A stretch of 64,000 nucleotides of DNA. Source: an uncultured Bacteroidales bacterium (GTDB lineage: Bacteria; Bacteroidota; Bacteroidia; Bacteroidales; Muribaculaceae). The DNA lies in assembly GCA_900552315.1 (NCBI GenBank), contig URZM01000001.1, forward strand, positions 1,104 to 65,103, read 5' to 3'. The position numbers and the translations under genes are program-made. The stretch's first letter is position 1, and every line of letters begins with the position of its first letter. The notes under the pieces were generated by a model. It was not told the DNA's origin and searched no databases. It saw only the letters and a program-made list of their open reading frames with translations. This document shows, piece by piece, positions 56,803-64,000 of this stretch.

Positions 56803-57288
56803 TCAGGGACGGGTGGCGTCGAGCATGCCTTGGCATGCGTCCTCCAGGAGGTCGAGCACAAGCTCGAAGCCGGAAGCACCCTCGTAATAGGGGTCGGGCA
56901 CGGCGTCGTAGTAGGGGTGCATGCGGCAATAGTCAGTCATGCGCACCACCTTGGCCTCGTCCTCCATGGTCGGAGCCAGCCTGCGCAGGTTGTAATAATT
57001 GGAGTCGTCCATGGCCACCACAATGTCGAAATCCGCGAAATCGCTCTCTCTGACGCGGCGGGAGCGGTGGGTCAGCTCATAGCCTCGCCTGGCTGCGTGC
57101 ACGCGCATGCGTTTGTCCGGCAGTTCTCCGGCGTGGCCCCCGTAGGTGCCTGCGGAGTCCAGGACATACCGGTCCGAAAGTCCGGCCTCGTCCACCAGTC
57201 GCTGCATCACGCCCTGTGCCGCCGGCGACCGGCATATATTGCCCAGGCACACGAATAGGATACGGGTCTTGTCAGGGATAGCGGTCAT
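56803..57288 (-). CDS. Low-molecular-weight protein-tyrosine phosphatase
   Basis: VCLGNICRS and VPDPYY motifs. Confidence 0.95.
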   Translation of the reverse strand: MTAIPDKTRILFVCLGNICRSPAAQGVMQRLVDEAGLSDRYVLDSAGTYGGHAGELPDKRMRVHAARRGYELTHRSRRVRESDFADFDIVVAMDDSNYYNLRRLAPTMEDEAKVVRMTDYCRMHPYYDAVPDPYYEGASGFELVLDLLEDACQGMLDATRP

Positions 57289-58523
57289 GGCGTGGGGGTG
57301 GTCTGTGGTTTGCGGGAGTTGGACTTGCGGCGTCTTTTGCGCGAGGGCGTGCCGGATGCCGGGGCAGGGAGGGCCTCTCCATGCGGGACCTCTATGCCGA
57401 GGGAGGCGCAGATGAGGCGTGCGGTGTAGTCGGTGGCCACCGTGGTGCCGAGGCGGCGGCGCATGGTCTTGTAGCCGGCCAGCTGCCAGTCGCGTTCCGG
57501 GCTGCCGGGAAGCAGCGGGCTAAGGTGTCGCGTTATGCTCTCCACCGTGCATTTGTGCACAAGCAGCTCGGGCACCACGGAGTTGTTGACAATCAGGTTG
57601 GGCAGGCTCACGTATTTCACCTTCAGCAGTTTCTCCATAATCTTGTATGCCAGCTTGCGGCCGTTGGAACGGTAGCATACCACCTGCGGGGTGCCGAGCA
57701 GGGCTGTCTCAAGGGTTGCCGTGCCGGAGGTGACGAGCGCGGCGCGGGCATGCTTCATGAGGGTGTGGGTAGCCCCGAACACCACGTTGAGCCCCGGATA
57801 CTGGGCCGTCTCGCGATAGAATCTCGACGGGATGGAGGAGGCCCCGCCTACTATGATCTGATAGTCGGGGAAACGCTTGGCCGCCTCGATCATCAGCGGC
57901 AGGTTGTTTTTCACCTCGCCTCGGCGGCTTCCCGGGACGATGGCTATCACGGGTCTCTGGTCCTCTATGCCGTGGCGCTGCAGGAAATGCCTGAGCGGGG
58001 TGATATGGCCCATCACCTCGTCCATCTCCTGCACCGAAGGGTTGCCCACATACGTGACCTCATAGCCGTGCTTGCGGTAGAAGTCCACCTCGAAGGGAAG
58101 GATGGAGTACATGGCGTCCACATATTTCTTGATGGCCTTGACGCGCCACTCTTTCCAGGCCCATATCTTTGGGGAAATGAAATAATGGACGGGGATGCCG
58201 AGACGGTGCGCCGCCTTGGCCAGCTTCAGGTTGAAGCTCGGATAGTCCACGAGCACCAGCACGTCGGGTCTCCATATCTGCATCAGGCGCTTCGCGTGGC
58301 GCAGGTGTCCTATCAGTTCCGGCAGATGGCGCAGCACCTCGCTGAATCCCATCACGTTCATCTTGTCGCAATGCACCACCGGTTCGCATCCGGCGGCGGC
58401 CGCCATTTTCTCGCCGCCGAAAAAACGGAACTCCGCGTCCTTGTCTATGCTCCTGATGCCTGTCATCAGGCGCGAGGCGTGCAGGTCTCCGCTCACCTCG
58501 CCGGCTATCACCATGTATTTCAT
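57285..58523 (-). CDS. lpxB: Lipid-A-disaccharide synthase
   Basis: AGEVSGDLH, DYPSFN, PKIWAW, PGSR and SGTATLE; true start MKYMVIAGE at 58523. Confidence 0.95.
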   Translation of the reverse strand: MKYMVIAGEVSGDLHASRLMTGIRSIDKDAEFRFFGGEKMAAAAGCEPVVHCDKMNVMGFSEVLRHLPELIGHLRHAKRLMQIWRPDVLVLVDYPSFNLKLAKAAHRLGIPVHYFISPKIWAWKEWRVKAIKKYVDAMYSILPFEVDFYRKHGYEVTYVGNPSVQEMDEVMGHITPLRHFLQRHGIEDQRPVIAIVPGSRRGEVKNNLPLMIEAAKRFPDYQIIVGGASSIPSRFYRETAQYPGLNVVFGATHTLMKHARAALVTSGTATLETALLGTPQVVCYRSNGRKLAYKIMEKLLKVKYVSLPNLIVNNSVVPELLVHKCTVESITRHLSPLLPGSPERDWQLAGYKTMRRRLGTTVATDYTARLICASLGIEVPHGEALPAPASGTPSRKRRRKSNSRKPQTTPTP

Positions 58524-58560
58524 TTCACAATATATTTGCCTGTGCGGGCGTTTATCTGTT

Positions 58561-59991
58561 ATGAAACAGATGCACATACTCCTTTTGACACTCGCGGCCC
58601 TTGTTGGTTTAACCGTGGCCTCATCCTGCATCAGCGACGATTTCACCACCTCGAGTTCGGACATACTCTCGTTCTCCACGGACACGCTCTCATTCGACAC
58701 CGTGTTCACCGACCTGGGCACCCCCACGGCGCGTCTGAAGGTCTATAACCGAGCCAAGAAATCCATAAACATAACCTCCATCTCCCTCAAGGAGTCTGAC
58801 ACCCGTTTTTCCATCAACGTGGACGGCCTGAGCGGCACCTCGTTCTCCGACATCGAGATACGCGGCGAGGACTCCATCTTCGTCTTCGTGGAGTGCAGGC
58901 TGCCCCTCTCGGCCACCGACGCCCCGGCGCTCACCACCGACGAGCTGCAGTTCCTCACCAACGGCGTGCGGCAGAGCGTGACCCTGGAGGCCTGGGGGCA
59001 GAACGTGACGCGCCTGCGTGACGTGCGTATAACCCAGGACACCCGCTTCACGGCCGAGCGCCCCATAGTGGTGTTCGACTCCCTGATAGTGGAGCCGGGG
59101 GCCACGCTGCGCGTGGATCCGGGCGTGCAGCTTCTGTTCCACGACAAGGCGTCGCTCACGGTGCGCGGAATCCTGGAGGCCGTGGGAGAGCCGGGCAAGA
59201 TGATAGCCATGCGCGGCGACCGTCTGGACAACGTGCTGCCCGATGTGGGCTACGACATCATGGCCGGCCAGTGGACGGGCATAGACATAGCTCCGGGCAG
59301 TTACGGCAACCGCATGGAGTATGTGGACATGCGCTCCACGGTGCAGGGCCTGCGCGTGGACTCCACGGGAGACCTTTCCCGTAGCAAGCTTTATCTGCTC
59401 AACTCCTGGCTGCATAACTCGCAAGGCTCGGCCCTCACCGTCTCCCACGCCGCCGTCACCGCCTTGGGCACCTGTTTCTCCGAGGCCGCCGACCATGTGG
59501 TGAGCCTCACGGGGGGCGCGTATGATTTCGTGCAGTGCACCTTCTCGAACTATTACCTGTTCGCAGCCCCTTTCGGCTCGATAGTGGGCCTGTACCACCT
59601 GCTGCCCGACGATGCCACCGCCATGTCCAACCCCCTGATGCGTGCCTCTTTCGACAATTGCATAGTCTACGGCATGGCCGCCGACATCAATGTGCTTGAC
59701 CTCAAGGGCTCGTCGGTGTTCTTCCGCAACACCCTGTTCCGCGCCTCCGGCAATGACGACGACAATTTTCTCTCATGTCTGTGGGACAAGGACCCTCTCT
59801 TCTACACCGAGCGCCCCAAGTATATTTTCAACTACCGTGTGCGGCCTGATTCCCCGGCCATAGGGGCCGGCAACGCGGCGTATGTGCTGCCTGCATGCCG
59901 CCGGGACATGGATGGAGTCGACCGTCTGGAGCATGGAGCGCCCACTCTGGGCGCTTACCAGTTCGTGGCTCCCCCTGAGGAAAAGCGTTGA
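58561..59991 (+). CDS. Hypothetical lipoprotein with Ig-like and parallel beta-helix-like regions
   Basis: Lipobox ASSC; FSTDTLSFDTVFT; GQWTGI; terminal LGAYQF; TATATTTG promoter at 58531-58538. Confidence 0.7.
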   Translation: MKQMHILLLTLAALVGLTVASSCISDDFTTSSSDILSFSTDTLSFDTVFTDLGTPTARLKVYNRAKKSINITSISLKESDTRFSINVDGLSGTSFSDIEIRGEDSIFVFVECRLPLSATDAPALTTDELQFLTNGVRQSVTLEAWGQNVTRLRDVRITQDTRFTAERPIVVFDSLIVEPGATLRVDPGVQLLFHDKASLTVRGILEAVGEPGKMIAMRGDRLDNVLPDVGYDIMAGQWTGIDIAPGSYGNRMEYVDMRSTVQGLRVDSTGDLSRSKLYLLNSWLHNSQGSALTVSHAAVTALGTCFSEAADHVVSLTGGAYDFVQCTFSNYYLFAAPFGSIVGLYHLLPDDATAMSNPLMRASFDNCIVYGMAADINVLDLKGSSVFFRNTLFRASGNDDDNFLSCLWDKDPLFYTERPKYIFNYRVRPDSPAIGAGNAAYVLPACRRDMDGVDRLEHGAPTLGAYQFVAPPEEKR

Positions 59992-60146
59992 ACACGCGCC
60001 TTTGCCTGCGGATTTGGCTGCGCCGTTGCCGGGATCTGTCTGATTCGTGTTTATAATGCGTTGACAAATAGGGTGTTGCGAATCATGTCGATAAATTCGG
60101 ATCGAAATAATATGAATATTCGGTGAAAAGTGTTAAATTTGTACCA

Positions 60147-60455
60147 AATAAAACAAGTCAATAAGAATATCAATCCGATATAACCAAGAGATACGCCTGC
60201 CAGACAGGCGACCACACACTGCCCTCACTCCCTTTCGTGAGAAAGATTGGGCAGAATGTTTGGTTAAAAATACAGGGTGTCTCTGAGGTGTGACGCCATG
60301 GAGCGCCTGCGGCCCGTAAGGCCGTATTACAATGTTTGGTTAAATAATGGTAAACTTATCCGGCGCGTGCGCCGGCCTGGAGGGGAGCCGCAACACTCCC
60401 CGGCAGGAAAAACATAAACGAAGGCAGGTCCGTGAGGTCGTGCCTTCGTTTTTTT
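60147..60455 (+). ncRNA. Candidate structured non-coding RNA (~305 nt)
   Basis: TAAATTTG promoter at 60134-60141, at least six hairpins, duplicated AATGTTTGGTTAAA, terminator; 5' end approximate. Confidence 0.55.
60416..60455 (+). terminator. Intrinsic terminator, possibly shared with fba
   Basis: aaacgaaggca...tgccttcgttt stem ending in a 7-T tract. Confidence 0.75.
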
Positions 60456-60520
60456 GTGAGGTCGGAAAAAGGCGGCCGCGTGTCGCGGTCGCCTTGTGGG
60501 TAGTGGTATGTATGGACGGT

Positions 60521-61519
60521 TTACTCGGCCTTGCCGTCGGAGCCGAGCACGTTGATGATCTTGTGCTTGTAGAGGCGCTCCATCTCGTCGCGGGCGGGAC
60601 CCAGGTATTTGCGCGGGTCGAACTCGCCGGGCTTCTCCACGAACACCTTGCGCACGGCGGCGGTCATGGCCAGGCGTGAGTCGGAGTCGATGTTGATCTT
60701 GCACACGGCGCTCTTGGCTGCCTTGCGGAGCTGCTCCTCGGGAATGCCGATGGCGTCGGGGAGCTTGCCGCCGTGGGTGTTGATGATGTCCACATACTCT
60801 TGGGGCACGGAGCTGGAGCCGTGGAGCACGATGGGGAAGCCGGGGAGCTTCTCCATTACGGCATCGAGCACGTCGAAGGCCAAGGGGGGCGGCACGAGCT
60901 TGCCCTCGGCGTTGCGCGTGCACTGCTCGGGGGTGAACTTGTAGGCGCCGTGGCTGGTGCCTATGGAGATGGCCAGGGAGTCGCAGCCTGTGCGGGTGGC
61001 GAAATCAATCACCTCCTCGGGGTTGGTGTATGTGTGGTGGTCGGAGCTTACCTCGTCCTCCACGCCTGCGAGCACGCCCAGCTCCCCCTCTACGGTCACG
61101 TCATACTGGTGCGCGTAGTCCACCACCTTCTTCGTGAGGGCCACGTTCTCCTCGTAGGGGAGGTGAGAGCCGTCTATCATCACGGAGGAGAAGCCGGAGT
61201 CGATGCAGCTCTTGCACAGCTCGAAGCTGTCGCCGTGGTCCAGGTGGAGCACTATCTGGGGATGCTCCCAGCCCAGCTCCTTGGCATACTGCACGGCGCC
61301 TTCGGCCATGTAGCGCAGCAGGGTGGAGTTGGCATAGTTGCGCGCGCCCTTGCTCACCTGCAGAATCACGGGGCTTTTGGTCTCGGCAGCGGCCTTGATG
61401 ATGGCCTGGAGCTGCTCCATGTTGTTGAAATTGAACGCGGGGATGGCGTAGCCGCCCTTGATGGCCTTCTCGAACATCTCGCGGGTGTTCATCAGGCCCA
61501 AGTCTTTGTAATTTACCAT
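60521..61519 (-). CDS. fba: Class II fructose-bisphosphate aldolase
   Basis: HLDHG, SVMIDGS, VEGELG, GTSHGAYK, VLHGSS and KINIDSD motifs. Confidence 0.96.
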   Translation of the reverse strand: MVNYKDLGLMNTREMFEKAIKGGYAIPAFNFNNMEQLQAIIKAAAETKSPVILQVSKGARNYANSTLLRYMAEGAVQYAKELGWEHPQIVLHLDHGDSFELCKSCIDSGFSSVMIDGSHLPYEENVALTKKVVDYAHQYDVTVEGELGVLAGVEDEVSSDHHTYTNPEEVIDFATRTGCDSLAISIGTSHGAYKFTPEQCTRNAEGKLVPPPLAFDVLDAVMEKLPGFPIVLHGSSSVPQEYVDIINTHGGKLPDAIGIPEEQLRKAAKSAVCKINIDSDSRLAMTAAVRKVFVEKPGEFDPRKYLGPARDEMERLYKHKIINVLGSDGKAE

Positions 61520-61783
61520 AATATATTAGTATATATACTTTTAAAGAGATTCTATCACACTCTACGTTCAACGCCCCGACGGGGGCGAAGGTTTATTACA
61601 CCCGCGAAATTACAAAAAATTCCTGACCCGCGCAACTTCCGCACGCAAATGTCCAGGATCTGAATTTTTTAGAGATTCAGCGCACACGAATGGGCGTTTG
61701 TCCCTTTGGGTATGGGAAATTTTTTGTAACTTCGCGGATGTGTTAATCAATATACCTGTATTAGTTTCAACTATCTATCTTAC

Positions 61784-64000
61784 ATGTTAAAAAACAGATG
61801 TCTACGCGCTGCGGCTGCATGCGCGTTGCTGGGCGCGGCCGTGCTGTCCGCCCAGGCGAATCCTAAGATCTACATCGCCTTCCAGTGGCACATGCACCAG
61901 CCGCTGTACACCCCGGGCGAGACGGTGCTGGAGACCCACGAGGGCGGCTCGCTCTCTTACGACCTGCTGGATGTGTTCACCTCGCGCTACGGCGCCTACA
62001 CCAACTGGCCCGCCAGCGCCGTTAACAAGCTCATCGACGCCGGGCTGCCGGGCGGAGCCCAGGTTAGCTTTTCCGGCTCGCTGGTGGAGAACCTCAATGT
62101 CATCGAGGCCGCCGGCAAGAGCTTCAACAACTGGAAGCAGCCTTGGCTCGACATGATAGGCAAGAAGAGCGACCTGGGCAACAACCGCCTTGAGATGGTA
62201 GCCTTCGGCTATTATCACCCGCTCATGGCCCTTATCGACTCCGAGGACGTGGAGGCGCAGGTGGCCATGCACCGTGACTGTTTTGCCCAGAATTTCCCCG
62301 GCATGGCCTACTCCAAGGGCATCTTCCCCCCGGAGAACGCCTTCGAGGAGCACATGATTCCCGCCCTGGTGAAGCAGGGCATACAGTGGGCCATGGTGGA
62401 CAACTCCCATTTCGACCGCACATGCGAGGGACATCCCTGGGTGAAGAATTTCTCGCTGGTGGAGACCAACCGGGCCGACGTGCAGAACGCCAATCCGGGC
62501 GACTGGACCCAGATCACCGGCCTCTACTGTCCCGGCCAGATTTCCGCCGGATTCGGACACCGTCCCCACTGGATGAAATATGTAGACCCCACCACAGGCC
62601 AGGAGTACCGCATGATAGCCGTGCCTACCTCCCTGGTGTTCGGCAACGAGGATGGCCGCGGCGGTTTCGGCGCGCTGCAGTATGAGAAATGCCTCAGCCA
62701 GCTCGAGCCTTTCAACACCGACGACAAGCACCCCATACTGGTGGTGCTGCACCATGACGGCGACAACCACGGCGGTGGAGCCGCATCTTATTACGGATCC
62801 AATTTCCAGGATTTCGTCAACTGGCTCAAGGCCAATCCCGACCGCTTCGAGTGCACCACGGTCAATGACTATCTGGACCGCTTCCCGCCAGAGCAGGATG
62901 ACGTGATCCATGTGGAGAGCGGTTCCTGGTGGGGCGCTGGCGCAGACCCGGAGTTCCTGAAGTGGAACGGCGACAAGGGTGAATATGCCGGAGCTTCGGA
63001 GCCTTACAGCCCCGACCACAACAGCTGGGGCATCATGACCGCCGCCGCCAACCATGTGCACACCGCCGCCGCCATCTCCCCCGCCTCGCAGGCGGCCAAG
63101 CAGGGCAGCGAGTATCTGCTCTGCGGCCAGACGAGCTGCTACTGGTACTGGGACGGCACCGAGCAGTGGGACTCCAAGCCTGCCGTGGCCGCGAACCTGG
63201 CCGTGAACGCCGTCAAGGACGTGGTGGCTTCCGGCGAGGACAAGACCGGACCCTCCATCTATCATCCGCAACGTGAGCCGTACAACCCCGGCGGCACGGA
63301 GTGGGGCGTCTCCATGAGCCCCGACTTCACCGTCTGGTCCTACGTCTACGACCTCTCCGGCCTCAAGAGCGTCAAGCTCAAGTACCGTCTGGACAAGGAT
63401 GGCGTGAACCCCGTGGCGTCCAACCAGAACGAGACATTCGCCGGCGGTGACGAGGTGGGCGAGTGGCGCGAGATAGACATGACGGCCAAGTCCATAGAGT
63501 CGATTACCAACCCCAAGCCCCTTTACAAGGCTGAGGAGTATTCCGCCAAGGTCACCGGTCTCAACGACGTGCTGGTGGACTACTATGTGGAGGCGGTCGA
63601 CGGCAAGGGCAATGTCTCACGCAGCCAGATACTGCACGTGTATGTAGGGCAGGCGAAGGGCCCGGATGACCCTGACCAGCCCGGCTTCGTGATAGGCAGC
63701 TACGTGGTGAACCCTGAGAAGCCCTGCGAGTCCGACGTCATAACCATCACGGCACGCAACGGCCGCGAGGGCATGATACTGCACTGGGGTGTGAACGGAT
63801 GGACCAAGCCCGTGGAGGCCTACCTGCCCGAGGGCTCGCAGTACCACACAGACGGCAAGGCCGCGCGCACTCCTTTCGTGAAGAACGAGGATGGCACGTA
63901 CTCATGCAAGATTGGTCCCTTCAACGACCCCTCGCAGAAAGTCACCGTTGTCAATTTCGTGACCAACACCGGCTCTGACTGGGACAACAACGGCGGCAAC
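61784..64000 (+). CDS. 3'-truncated secreted GH57-family alpha-glucan hydrolase with carbohydrate-binding modules
   Basis: Not in the ORF track because it runs off the window. Signal peptide MLKNRCLRAAAACALLGAAVLSAQA; GH57 motifs WHMHQP, GYYHPL, FPPE and HDGDN; C-terminal LHWGV...W...P...RTPF and WDNNGG. Confidence 0.8.
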   Translation, partial: MLKNRCLRAAAACALLGAAVLSAQANPKIYIAFQWHMHQPLYTPGETVLETHEGGSLSYDLLDVFTSRYGAYTNWPASAVNKLIDAGLPGGAQVSFSGSLVENLNVIEAAGKSFNNWKQPWLDMIGKKSDLGNNRLEMVAFGYYHPLMALIDSEDVEAQVAMHRDCFAQNFPGMAYSKGIFPPENAFEEHMIPALVKQGIQWAMVDNSHFDRTCEGHPWVKNFSLVETNRADVQNANPGDWTQITGLYCPGQISAGFGHRPHWMKYVDPTTGQEYRMIAVPTSLVFGNEDGRGGFGALQYEKCLSQLEPFNTDDKHPILVVLHHDGDNHGGGAASYYGSNFQDFVNWLKANPDRFECTTVNDYLDRFPPEQDDVIHVESGSWWGAGADPEFLKWNGDKGEYAGASEPYSPDHNSWGIMTAAANHVHTAAAISPASQAAKQGSEYLLCGQTSCYWYWDGTEQWDSKPAVAANLAVNAVKDVVASGEDKTGPSIYHPQREPYNPGGTEWGVSMSPDFTVWSYVYDLSGLKSVKLKYRLDKDGVNPVASNQNETFAGGDEVGEWREIDMTAKSIESITNPKPLYKAEEYSAKVTGLNDVLVDYYVEAVDGKGNVSRSQILHVYVGQAKGPDDPDQPGFVIGSYVVNPEKPCESDVITITARNGREGMILHWGVNGWTKPVEAYLPEGSQYHTDGKAARTPFVKNEDGTYSCKIGPFNDPSQKVTVVNFVTNTGSDWDNNGGN

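Noticed and set aside
58363..58727. Apparent long overlap of lpxB with the divergent lipoprotein gene
   Set aside because: An artefact of over-extended ORF starts; the likely starts at 58523 (-) and 58561 (+) do not overlap.
61802..63271. 489-aa minus-strand ORF, and similar long antisense ORFs such as 42534-43799 and 57381-58748
   Set aside because: Shadow frames of high-GC3 genes on the opposite strand (GH57, alcohol dehydrogenase, lpxB).

Overview
GC-rich Bacteroidales chromosome segment. It most resembles Muribaculaceae, judged from TAnnTTTG promoters, A-rich translation starts without Shine-Dalgarno motifs and T9SS C-terminal sorting domains. Most of it is housekeeping: pdxA, dusB, pfkA, ribF, upp, pyrH, frr, miaB, nadK, pdxJ-exbBD-tonB-lptE-secG, greA, queA, truB, uppP, ftsX, lpxB, fba. 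Six things stand out. (1) A 10-gene inositol-lipid cluster (2.8-11.3 kb) appears to merge the B. thetaiotaomicron-type route with the alternative NTP-transferase/HAD route, and it carries an ATP-grasp protein whose motifs resemble eukaryotic ITPK1 inositol-phosphate kinases. (2) An orphan SusR-like (DUF6377) regulator is followed by a promoter-to-terminator non-coding unit with an anti-start-codon motif instead of a PUL. (3) A second, highly structured ~305-nt intergenic RNA candidate carries a duplicated 14-nt motif (60.1-60.5 kb). (4) An AT-richer three-gene defence island encodes an MTase-like subunit, a nuclease-helicase-MTase fusion and a Schlafen/AlbA protein. (5) Secreted alpha-glucan proteins: a non-catalytic multi-CBM T9SS cargo, and a GH57 with a CBM45-like module that is missing from the ORF track. 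(6) An unannotated 30-aa membrane peptide with its own promoter, and a 120-bp palindromic MITE/REP-like insertion. No rRNA, tRNA, CRISPR array, integrase or transposase was seen. All family assignments come from motif recognition by eye; no searches were run.
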